Source of the DNA: an uncultured Eubacteriales bacterium
GTDB lineage: Bacteria; Bacillota; Clostridia; Oscillospirales; CAG-272
NCBI GenBank assembly: GCA_934401725.1
Contig: CAKRSS010000002.1
Coordinates: 1-64,000 of the forward strand
Direction of reading: 5' to 3'
Length of the DNA stretch: 64,000 nt
The notes under the pieces: model-generated
The model's database searches: none
The model's input: only the letters and a program-made list of their open reading frames with translations
Told to the model about the DNA's origin: nothing
Shown here: one piece after another, positions 7,976 to 16,209 of the stretch
Layout: the number at the start of each line of letters is the position of its first letter
How positions within the stretch are numbered: the first letter of the stretch is position 1
Program-made: the position numbers and the translations under genes

Positions 7976-10399
7976 ATGACCGGCGCACAGATTGGCATTA
8001 TACGCTTTCTGCTTATCGCGTCTTTGGCTTTCATTGTTGTTCCGATAATTGTGTATATTGTCAGGGACATTACGTCAAGACTGTCTGATGGTTCGGGGCG
8101 GAATCTTGGTGTGAGTAAAATGCTCAAGTTCACCGCCTGCCTGCTTGGATCTATCTGGTGCCTGCGCTATGCAGTAGGATTTTATGCTATTGTCGTCGGA
8201 AATGATGGTGCCCCTACACTTACGTGGGGGGAAGAAATATTCAACAGCATCGTTCACACGCTGCAGACCTTCAGTATGGACGAGGACTACACCGAGTATA
8301 TCATAGACGGCAAAGATATGCTTCGGGCAGTGGCAGGAGGCAGCGGGACATGGCAGGATGTGTACGGAATATATGCGTCCGTGCTTAATTTTATCGCACC
8401 CGTTGTCGGAGGAGCTATCATATTCGAGATTCTTGCAAGCATATTTCCAAAAGTCAGGCTGTGGCTGCTTTCGTTTGCGGTTTGGCGTAAAAAGTATTAT
8501 TTCAGCGAGTTGAATGAAGCATCAGTTGCGCTGGCGACGAGTGTTTGCCGTGCAAATAAAGGCCTTTGGCGGCGACCGATTATAATTTTTACAGATTCCT
8601 ACGTGAATGCGCAGGAGGAGGGCGACTCCGAGATGCTCCTTGAGGCAAAGTCACTCGGCGCTATTTGCGTTAAAGACGATCTCTCACATATTGTCAAAGC
8701 AAGGCATGGCGAGCGCAGCTTTTTTCTCATGGATCAGGCGCCGGTCGGTAACATACAGTCCCTGACCACACTGTCCGACAATCAGAACTGCAAATATCTT
8801 AAAAATGCAGAGATATACATGTTCATGACCAATGATGCGTATGTTCAGGTGGAGCAAAATGTGCGGAACCGATTGAAGAATGATATGAAATTCGAGAATG
8901 GGGAATTACCGGTGTTCATACCGGTAAACAGTTACCGAAATCTTATCTCAAACATGTTGGTGGACATTCCGCTTTACGAGCCGTTGATAAATAAGGTAAC
9001 TGTCGGCAAGACTGTCGATCTTGTCCTGACCATTCTCGGTGTCGGTGATATCGGTACGGAAATGTTTCTGTCGTCGTATTGGTTTGGCCAGATGCTTAAT
9101 TGCAGGCTTACCATAAATATAGTTTCCAATGAGCTGGAAGATACCTTCTGGAATCGCATAGATTATATCAATCCGGAGATACGCAGGACAACTATGGAAA
9201 ACGATTCAATACTTGAGTATAACAGTCGCAAGGATCAATCTCCCGTTTACTGCAAGGTCAACTATGTCTACTGCGACATAAATTCGTCAGAATTTGTAAA
9301 GAGGCTGAATCCGGGAGAGGGGAGTCTCCTTGATACAGACTATTTCTTTGTGGCACTTGGCTCGGACAAGGAAAATCTGTCTGCTGCAAGCACACTGCGC
9401 AGATATGTAGGCAAATATCACCTTAGCGAAGGCTGTAATCGTCAGACGGTAATCACATACGTTGTATACAACCCCGAGCTGTCCGAGATTCTCAACAGAA
9501 CGAAATACTATTTTTATTCGTCTGATGGCTATAAAAATTCGGTTGGCGATACCGAGGCGGATGTGTATATGTGCGCGGTCGGAAGTCTCCATGAGGTGTA
9601 CGGCGCGCGGAATGTATTCATGACAGATCACGAGGACAATGCTCAGGCCATTGATCTGAGACGCCGTTCAGAAAGCGAGGACAGGCAAACATTCGAAGCC
9701 GTCAGTGACTATGAGAAGAAAAGGCACGGAACAAAGGCAAGCACTGAGCGCGAGCAACGACGGATCAGAGCGGCGGTGCACAGCAAGCGTATGAATGATG
9801 ATTATCAGCATTGGGCGAATCTCGCACGTACCATGCACCGCAAGTACAAGCTGTTTTCCATGGGGCTTCTGACAGGCTGTTCTATTTTTGACGAGGCACG
9901 GTCGCCGCAGTACGAAGTTGCCGCGGTCAAAGAGGCGTACAAGGTCATATATGAAGGCGGTAAAAACCACGAAAACGCAGCTGAGCATGACAAATGGCTG
10001 AGACTTATGCACAGCATGTCGTGGCTCGAGCATAGACGCTGGTGCGCGTTTACACGTGTTAAGGGTTTCCAGGGAACGGATAAATACAGCTTATACATTG
10101 AGAAAGAGGAGTCCCACAGGCAAATGGATCTTAGATTGCACCCTTGCTTAGTCGAGTGTGGGAAACAGGGAATACGCGCAAAGATCAAGGATGACGGAAC
10201 TATTGATGACAATGCAATTATCGAGTACCCCGACAAGACCCCGCTTGACAGACTGGATGAATTATCGGATCACGTTAAGCCAATAATCATTGAAATCAAG
10301 CAAAGGCAGAAGGATGATAAAGGTAGCAAAGATGATCCTAAGCCTAACGATCTTGACTTCAAGGTGAGCGATTACCCTTTCAATGATTTTAAGCTTTAA
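7976..10399 (+). CDS. 807-aa membrane protein: MthK/RCK-like channel homolog with a divergent filter, plus Rossmann (KTN-like) domain(s) and a large C-terminal domain
   Basis: N-terminal layout: TM helix, then TM / putative pore helix with T-x-x-T-F-S-M-D-E-D-Y / TM. The cytoplasmic region has a GxGxxG motif (LVLTILGVGDIGTEMF) followed about 20 aa later by an acidic residue ending a strand (TINIVSNE), typical of NAD-binding KTN/TrkA_N domains. About 45% GC in a ~60% GC genome. Confidence 0.55.
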   Translation: MTGAQIGIIRFLLIASLAFIVVPIIVYIVRDITSRLSDGSGRNLGVSKMLKFTACLLGSIWCLRYAVGFYAIVVGNDGAPTLTWGEEIFNSIVHTLQTFSMDEDYTEYIIDGKDMLRAVAGGSGTWQDVYGIYASVLNFIAPVVGGAIIFEILASIFPKVRLWLLSFAVWRKKYYFSELNEASVALATSVCRANKGLWRRPIIIFTDSYVNAQEEGDSEMLLEAKSLGAICVKDDLSHIVKARHGERSFFLMDQAPVGNIQSLTTLSDNQNCKYLKNAEIYMFMTNDAYVQVEQNVRNRLKNDMKFENGELPVFIPVNSYRNLISNMLVDIPLYEPLINKVTVGKTVDLVLTILGVGDIGTEMFLSSYWFGQMLNCRLTINIVSNELEDTFWNRIDYINPEIRRTTMENDSILEYNSRKDQSPVYCKVNYVYCDINSSEFVKRLNPGEGSLLDTDYFFVALGSDKENLSAASTLRRYVGKYHLSEGCNRQTVITYVVYNPELSEILNRTKYYFYSSDGYKNSVGDTEADVYMCAVGSLHEVYGARNVFMTDHEDNAQAIDLRRRSESEDRQTFEAVSDYEKKRHGTKASTEREQRRIRAAVHSKRMNDDYQHWANLARTMHRKYKLFSMGLLTGCSIFDEARSPQYEVAAVKEAYKVIYEGGKNHENAAEHDKWLRLMHSMSWLEHRRWCAFTRVKGFQGTDKYSLYIEKEESHRQMDLRLHPCLVECGKQGIRAKIKDDGTIDDNAIIEYPDKTPLDRLDELSDHVKPIIIEIKQRQKDDKGSKDDPKPNDLDFKVSDYPFNDFKL

Positions 10400-10725
10400 T
10401 GAGCAGAAGGGAAAACATACAAATGGGATATAAACCAAACCCGGTTGATACCAGCAATATCCGTTTGCCGGATTCTCTAATCGAGCTGACTGAAAAAATA
10501 GCCGAAAACGTCCATGAAAACTGGTCGTACGGGCGTGTGTCAGAGGGTTGGAGCTACGGCGAGCAGCGTGACGATTCAAAAAGAACGACGCCTTGCCTTG
10601 TCCCATATGACGAGCTGAGCGAGGAAGAGAAGAATTATGACAGACATACTGCGATAGAAACGCTCAAACTTATAATTGCGCTGGGTTACAGAATTGAAAA
10701 GGACACGGACAAATACATCTCATGA
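10399..10725 (+). CDS. stand-alone RyR (ryanodine-receptor Ryr repeat) domain protein
   Basis: 108 aa matching the bacterial RyR domain consensus (AENVHENWSYGRVSEGWSYGEQRDDSKRTTPCLVPYDELSEEEKNYDR...LGYRI). Its start overlaps the upstream stop (TAATG). Confidence 0.65.
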   Translation: MSRRENIQMGYKPNPVDTSNIRLPDSLIELTEKIAENVHENWSYGRVSEGWSYGEQRDDSKRTTPCLVPYDELSEEEKNYDRHTAIETLKLIIALGYRIEKDTDKYIS

Positions 10726-10808
10726 ATTAATGAGGGCTATACCCGGTAGTTGTAAAATAAAGAGTCCCGGACAGAATCAAAACGATTTTTGGTGGAACTC
10801 TTGTTCAC

Positions 10809-11030
10809 TCAACTTCGATTCCAATGGTTGAGCTTTGGCAGTTGCGCTTCGAAGAAAGCCCGCGCTTCCTCCGGCGGCCAATTGTCGTTTGACATGTGTT
10901 TTACGAGAAAATCGATCAGCTTCTCAAGGCTTGTGTAAACAAATTTGCCGTCGGTATAGCACCATTTGCAGTACTCCTCGTTGAATGTGCCGTCCGGCTC
11001 TTTGCTGATTGTCGAGTCGTCCAGCGGCAT
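10809..11030 (-). CDS. small zinc-ribbon domain protein
   Basis: 73 aa with CKWCY and a Cys-pair architecture common to small Clostridia zinc-ribbon proteins. Low GC. Confidence 0.45.
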   Translation of the reverse strand: MPLDDSTISKEPDGTFNEEYCKWCYTDGKFVYTSLEKLIDFLVKHMSNDNWPPEEARAFFEAQLPKLNHWNRS

Positions 11031-11341
11031 TCGAATATGACATCTTTTGCTTCCATAATTTTCATCACCTCGTGAATATTATATCACTGCCTTACAGCAA
11101 AGTAAAGCAACCCGCTGTTGCTAAAATTATTGCCCAAAATATCGCGGCGACGTTATCTTATTCTACCGGTACATCCACAGTAATGATGCCCGTTGCAAGC
11201 CCTGCGCTCTCCGGCAAGAGCGTGAGTGAGAACGTGCGATAGTTCATGTGTTATAATGAGACGCTTGTCATTTTCCGCAGCGGCGGATGTTGTTTCCTGA
11301 ATGAAAATCGGCGGCAAGCGCCGCCGGGTACCGGAGGTAAT

Positions 11342-11848
11342 ATGAGGTTACTATTTGAGATGGATAAACGCGATTACGATAATTGCACCAATAAATTCGT
11401 GCGCAATTCGGCAAGAAGCATAATAATCCGCGACAAAAGGCTGGCAATGATACACAGCTTAAAATACGACTATTACAAATTTCCGGGCGGCGGAATTGAG
11501 GGTGAGGAATCACCCGTCAGTGCGATGATACGCGAAACCCGCGAAGAGGCGGGCCTGGCGGTAAAGCCCGAAACGGTAAAAGAATACGGCTATGTGCATC
11601 GCGTACAGAAAAGCAATAGGGACGCCTCCGAATGCTTTGCCCAGGATAACTATTACTACCTTTGCAACGTTGAGAACGCAACTGTTGCACAGCACCTTGA
11701 AAAATATGAAGCAACCGAAAACTTCACTTTGGAGTATGTTGAACCGCTCATTGCAATTCAAAAGAATCGTAGTATCCCGCATGATTCCTTAATGCTTGAG
11801 CGAGAAGCGCGGGTTATCGAAATGCTGATTGACGAGGGACTGCTGTAA
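11342..11848 (+). CDS. NUDIX hydrolase
   Basis: Nudix box GGGIEGEESPVSAMIRETREEAGL. The ATG at 11342 is preceded by GGAGGT. Low GC. Confidence 0.8.
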   Translation: MRLLFEMDKRDYDNCTNKFVRNSARSIIIRDKRLAMIHSLKYDYYKFPGGGIEGEESPVSAMIRETREEAGLAVKPETVKEYGYVHRVQKSNRDASECFAQDNYYYLCNVENATVAQHLEKYEATENFTLEYVEPLIAIQKNRSIPHDSLMLEREARVIEMLIDEGLL

Positions 11849-11861
11849 TTACAGGCTTCTA

Positions 11862-12533
11862 TCATCCGCATTTCTTGCAGACGCGGCTCTTACCCGCCGC
11901 GACAGCGTCGGACTGCGTGCCGCTTATGATATCCGTCGAATTTTTGAGTGCACTGCACCCGCGGCTGACATGCCAGACGCTGCCGCTATTTGTCCAATAA
12001 ACGGTGGCTCCGTTCGGTATTGTGGTAAAGATGTCGGGCTCGAGGGTCTCGCGCGCAGTCGTGGTTGAGCCGGTCGTAGTTTCGGCCGGAGCGGTAGTAG
12101 TTTCAGCCGGAATGGTCGGAGTTGTGGTCTCGCCCTGCGGCGGGGCTACGGTGTTATCACGGTCATATTCCGTGGTTGTCACTTCGGAATGCTTGGTGGT
12201 CTCTTCGGGAGTGGTGACGGTATCGGGAGCTTTGGTTGTCCCGGGTGTCGTGGTATTGGGGGTAGTCGTGGTCTCGGGGACTGTGGCGGTGTCGGGGGTG
12301 GTCGTCACTTTATCGGTTTCGGGCTTGGGAGCCGTCGTTTTGGCCGCTTCCTTTGAGCTTGCCGCCGCGGCAGATGACGACGCCAGCTCGCGCGATATTT
12401 CGGCAACATAATCCGGAGTAAGCGTAACGCCGGACGAATCGGATGTATCCTTAAAGTCGTCGTATACGAACGAGCAACCGGTGAACATGTACATCAGAAT
12501 AATCAACGCAGTGAGATTTCTCAAAACTTTCAT
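11862..12533 (-). CDS. lipoprotein with a long Thr/Pro-rich linker and a small C-terminal Cys-containing domain
   Basis: Signal peptide plus lipobox (LIILMYMFTGCS). About 120 aa of T/P/E low complexity. The C-terminal region reads VYWTNSGSVWHVSRGCS...RVCKKCG. Confidence 0.6.
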   Translation of the reverse strand: MKVLRNLTALIILMYMFTGCSFVYDDFKDTSDSSGVTLTPDYVAEISRELASSSAAAASSKEAAKTTAPKPETDKVTTTPDTATVPETTTTPNTTTPGTTKAPDTVTTPEETTKHSEVTTTEYDRDNTVAPPQGETTTPTIPAETTTAPAETTTGSTTTARETLEPDIFTTIPNGATVYWTNSGSVWHVSRGCSALKNSTDIISGTQSDAVAAGKSRVCKKCG

Positions 12534-12535
12534 TC

Positions 12536-13432
12536 TTACATTTCCTCCGTCTCAGTCAGCATACGCTCAAGAAGATTGACCTTGTCGGCCGAATATTCAT
12601 AAGCGCCGCGGTAATTATTTGTCTCCTTCGAGCATATCTCGAGGTCAAAAAATACGTTGTAAAGAACAGGGTCGGGAATACGCTCCTGCATTGAAAGTAT
12701 GCTGTGCAGCCTGCGCTGCGCCTCGGTGTAGTCGTGCCGACGGATTGCGTCGCGCGCTGCGATGTGCGTCGAGAGTGGGGAGGACTGCTCCATGTTGCAG
12801 CTGTCGAGCAGTGAGCTGACTGGTATTTCCGGATGCGCCTCGGATGCCTCAAGCACCATGATGTATTCACAAATCCGGTCGTTTGCAGCCGCAGAGCGGT
12901 TAATATTTGAATCCGTGACGTCAGTCATGAGCGTCGCAGATATTTTGTGCATATAGTGCTGATACACAAGCGCCTGCGCGCGGACGGCGCCGTCGCCGTA
13001 TATCGTTTTTGCGTCGTACTCGCGAGCCTCGTCAAAACGGCGCATGGCTGAGCGGAGTCTGCCGTAAAAAAAGTCGTCCTTCGCAAGTCCGAGCAGGCAC
13101 TGCGCGAGTATCATGTTGATCTCGTCATCCTCGCCTCCGAGCGAGAGACATAGGTCGCGGCATATGGCAAAATCGCCGTCGGTAAGCGCACGCTTTATGT
13201 TGCCGATGCCGTTGATTTTGCGGTAAATATATTCGTCATCGCCCTCAGATAGCAGGTAGCCGACGGGCACCTTCAGCCTTCCCGCAAGGTAGGTGACGGT
13301 GGACAGGGAAGGCATCGCCGCGCCGTTTTCAATGCGGCTGAGCATGTTGCGCGTGATGCAGTCGCCGGCAAGCTGCGATTGGGTCATGCACTTCGCAAGA
13401 CGTATTTCTTTGATTTTTTCACCTATCTTCAT
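12536..13432 (-). CDS. XRE-family HTH transcriptional regulator with a TPR-like C-terminal domain (Rgg/RNPP-like architecture)
   Basis: N-terminal HTH_3 (MTQSQLAGDCITRNMLSRIENG) and an alpha-helical repeat C-terminus of about 230 aa. Confidence 0.7.
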   Translation of the reverse strand: MKIGEKIKEIRLAKCMTQSQLAGDCITRNMLSRIENGAAMPSLSTVTYLAGRLKVPVGYLLSEGDDEYIYRKINGIGNIKRALTDGDFAICRDLCLSLGGEDDEINMILAQCLLGLAKDDFFYGRLRSAMRRFDEAREYDAKTIYGDGAVRAQALVYQHYMHKISATLMTDVTDSNINRSAAANDRICEYIMVLEASEAHPEIPVSSLLDSCNMEQSSPLSTHIAARDAIRRHDYTEAQRRLHSILSMQERIPDPVLYNVFFDLEICSKETNNYRGAYEYSADKVNLLERMLTETEEM

Positions 13433-13610
13433 CCAACATCCCCCGTAAGTAATTTTCTGACCATAACTCCGAAAGTTTTATGCCACGATAAGCATACCAC
13501 AAATCGACCTGATTTTCAAGTTTTTTATACACAATTTTTCAAAAACTCTTTCCCATCGACCGAAAATGTTGTATAATAGAGTGGCAGGATTTCAAGAAAG
13601 GCAGAATACA

Positions 13611-14186
13611 ATGGAAGAACTCAAGCAACGCATAATTCACGATGGCCGCATATGCCCCGGCGGCATACTCAAAGTAGATAATTTTCTGAATCATCAGATA
13701 GACACCTCACTGGTCGACCGCATGGGCGCCGACTTTTACGACCATTTCAAAAACAGCGGCGTCACAAAGATACTGACCATCGAGGCGTCCGGTATCGGCA
13801 TCTCCTGCCTCACCGCACGCTATTTCAACGTTCCGGTGGTGTTTGCCAAAAAGTCTGAGGCCAAAAACCTCTCTGACGAGCTGTACACCGCTGAGGTATT
13901 TTCCTATACCAAGGGAAAATCGTTTACTGTCCGAGTCGACAAGCATTACATATCCGCGGACGACCGCGTACTTATCGTTGATGACTTTCTCGCCAACGGC
14001 AAGGCTTTGCTCGGGCTTATTGAGATAGTAAATCAGGCGGGGGCTTACCTTTGCGGCGCAGGCATCTGCATAGAGAAAGCGTTCCAACCCGGCGGTGACA
14101 TGATCCGCGGCATGGGAATCGATCTTCACTCGCTTGCTGTCGTCGACGTCGACAAGGACGACAAGCTGATATTTGTGGACAAATGA
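13611..14186 (+). CDS. xpt: xanthine phosphoribosyltransferase
   Basis: MEELKQRIIHDGRI...LKVDNFLNHQID...LIVDDFLANG, typical of Xpt. Confidence 0.85.
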   Translation: MEELKQRIIHDGRICPGGILKVDNFLNHQIDTSLVDRMGADFYDHFKNSGVTKILTIEASGIGISCLTARYFNVPVVFAKKSEAKNLSDELYTAEVFSYTKGKSFTVRVDKHYISADDRVLIVDDFLANGKALLGLIEIVNQAGAYLCGAGICIEKAFQPGGDMIRGMGIDLHSLAVVDVDKDDKLIFVDK

Positions 14187-14935
14187 GCACGCTGGCGCTT
14201 AAGCTGATTGCCTGCGTGGCGATGCTTTGCGATCACATCGGATATTTCGGCGTGCTCCCGCCTGCGGTCAGCCTCGGTATGCGCATAGTCGGAAGAATTG
14301 CCTTTCCGATATACTGCTACCTCCTGTCCTTCGGCTTTCGAAAAACGCACAATAAATATCTCTACCTTGCCCGACTTGCTGCCTTCGCTGTAATCTCCGA
14401 GCTCCCGTTCAACTATTGCTTTTACGGAACGGTGTCGTTCGGTTTCAAAAACGTCTTCTTTACGCTGAGTCTTGGCCTCGCCGCAGTACTCATTTACGAC
14501 ATAATGGCGCAGGGCAGGGGCCTTGCGTCAAAGCTGCTCGCGATAGTGCCGACGGTGCTGTTCGCTCTCATCGCAGACTGGCTTGAGACCGACTACGCCG
14601 GCTTTGGCGTGGCGCTGATATTCCTGTTTTACATGGCCGGTGAGTCAAAGTTGTATGCCTCGGTCGTCTGCGTGCTGTTCGGTGCGCGGTACGTGCTTGA
14701 CGGGCTGATCTCGGCTATAGTCGACGGCTTTGCCCACCCGTATATTTCAGACTGGGACTGGATTGCCATGTTTGCCGCCGCTTCGGCAATACCGATACTG
14801 CTATGCAACGGCAGTCGCGGCGCGTACCCGCGCTCGCGCGTCGGTAAGCTACTATATAAGTACGCCTTCTACGCCTACTACCCGGTGCACATGCTGCTCC
14901 TCGGTCTTATAATGCACCGAGGGTTTGGCGTATAA
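14183..14935 (+). CDS. TraX-family membrane protein
   Basis: 250 aa polytopic membrane protein with a TraX-like N-terminus (LKLIACVAMLCDHIGYF). The ATGA overlap with the xpt stop indicates translational coupling. Confidence 0.55.
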   Translation: MSTLALKLIACVAMLCDHIGYFGVLPPAVSLGMRIVGRIAFPIYCYLLSFGFRKTHNKYLYLARLAAFAVISELPFNYCFYGTVSFGFKNVFFTLSLGLAAVLIYDIMAQGRGLASKLLAIVPTVLFALIADWLETDYAGFGVALIFLFYMAGESKLYASVVCVLFGARYVLDGLISAIVDGFAHPYISDWDWIAMFAAASAIPILLCNGSRGAYPRSRVGKLLYKYAFYAYYPVHMLLLGLIMHRGFGV

Positions 14936-14937
14936 AC

Positions 14938-14973
14938 AAAAAAGCATCCGCACATTCGTGCGGATGCTTTTTT
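14938..14973. terminator. bidirectional intrinsic terminator (TraX / potD convergent)
   Basis: AAAAAAGCATCCGCACATTCGTGCGGATGCTTTTTT: a perfect hairpin flanked by A and T runs. Confidence 0.9.
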
Positions 14974-14979
14974 CAATAT

Positions 14980-16209
14980 TTAGTCGTCGTAATTCTCGCG
15001 TTTCTTTTTGCGGATTACCGATACAACGATAACGGCCGCGATAACCGCAACGAGTATGCCGCAACCGATGTAAATGGCGTTTCCGACCGAGCTTTCTATC
15101 TTGAGCTCTTCCCAGAGTGTGTTGATAAGCGTCAGCTTTTCGCGGGAGAGGTTCTTGTAGAAGGTGGTCTTAAAATCCGTGTTCTCGGAGTAGAGAATGC
15201 CCATTGCGTCGGGGTGCAGGTCGCTCATGTAGTCGATGTAGTCCTGGCTCGAGGTGACGAGCGTGTTCGGAGATGCATAGCAGGTGTACTCCGCATTGGC
15301 GATAGCCGGCTCCTCGGAGAGCATGAAGTTGATGTAGCGCTCGGCTATCAGCTGATTTTTGGACGACGCCGGAACGCACATAGCGTCAACGTAAATGTTC
15401 GAGCCTTCCTTCGGATAGTAGAAGGCAAGATCGGAGTTGCTCTCGTACATGGTGAAGAAGTCGCCGGCATAGTAGGAAGCGACTGCGGCAGAGCCGCTCA
15501 TCATTTTGTTGAACACCTCGTCCATGACGTAGCCCTGAACGAGCGGCTTCTGCTTCTTGAGCATATCCAGCGCCTCGCGCCACTGCTGCTCGGTGGAGTC
15601 ATTGACGTCGTAGCCGAGGAAATACTGTGCTGTGCCGAAGGCGTCACGCGAGTTGTTGAACTGAAGAATGCTTCCGGAATATTTTTCATTCCACATGAGT
15701 CCCCAGCTGCCGATGGTGGGATCGTTTGCATCGACCATTTTAGTGTTGTAGATAATGCCGACGATACCGTAAGCGTAGGGAACAGAGTACTCATTAGCAG
15801 GGTCGTAGTAAACGTTGTCGCCTTTGAATTCGTCCGTGATGTACTGATAGTTAGGGATGTTCTCAAAATTGAGCTTGGCGAGCAGTCCCTCGCTTATCAG
15901 GCGCTCAATCATGTAATCGGAGGGGATGATGACGTCATAGTTCGCTGTACCGCTGCTGATTTTGTCGTACATGCTCTCGTTGCTGGAGTAGGTGGAGTAG
16001 TTGACCTTTATGTGCTCGCCGTAGGTGTTGAAGTAATACTCCTCAAAAGCGGCATTGACGTCAAGCGTGCCCTCGGAGCCGTCGGAAATGTATTCGCCCC
16101 AGTTGTAAACATAGAGCGTGGTGGAGTCACTTCCGTCACAGGAGGTAAGACCGAGCGTAAGCGCGCCGAGGACGGCGGCCAGCATCACAAAAAAAGCAAA
16201 TCTTTTCAA
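14980..16209 (-). CDS. potD: spermidine/putrescine ABC transporter substrate-binding protein with a C-terminal TM anchor
   Basis: PotD/PotF-like SBP with a lipoprotein signal (LTLGLTSCDG). The C-terminus is unusually hydrophobic (IYIGCGILVAVIAAVIVVSVIRKKKR). Confidence 0.8.
   Translation of the reverse strand: MKRFAFFVMLAAVLGALTLGLTSCDGSDSTTLYVYNWGEYISDGSEGTLDVNAAFEEYYFNTYGEHIKVNYSTYSSNESMYDKISSGTANYDVIIPSDYMIERLISEGLLAKLNFENIPNYQYITDEFKGDNVYYDPANEYSVPYAYGIVGIIYNTKMVDANDPTIGSWGLMWNEKYSGSILQFNNSRDAFGTAQYFLGYDVNDSTEQQWREALDMLKKQKPLVQGYVMDEVFNKMMSGSAAVASYYAGDFFTMYESNSDLAFYYPKEGSNIYVDAMCVPASSKNQLIAERYINFMLSEEPAIANAEYTCYASPNTLVTSSQDYIDYMSDLHPDAMGILYSENTDFKTTFYKNLSREKLTLINTLWEELKIESSVGNAIYIGCGILVAVIAAVIVVSVIRKKKRENYDD

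Noticed and set aside
11009-11242. 77-aa ORF between the zinc-ribbon gene and the NUDIX gene
   Set aside because: No RBS. It overlaps the zinc-ribbon gene start region. Composition is unremarkable. More likely promoter or UTR sequence.
12004-12411. 135-aa Val-rich ORF on the plus strand
   Set aside because: It is the antisense reading of the Thr-rich (ACN codon) linker of the lipoprotein gene.
13433-13610. Looked for a purine riboswitch upstream of xpt
   Set aside because: The leader between the putative -10 and the ATG is only about 30 nt and lacks the UAUA / GAUAUGG / CUACC aptamer elements.
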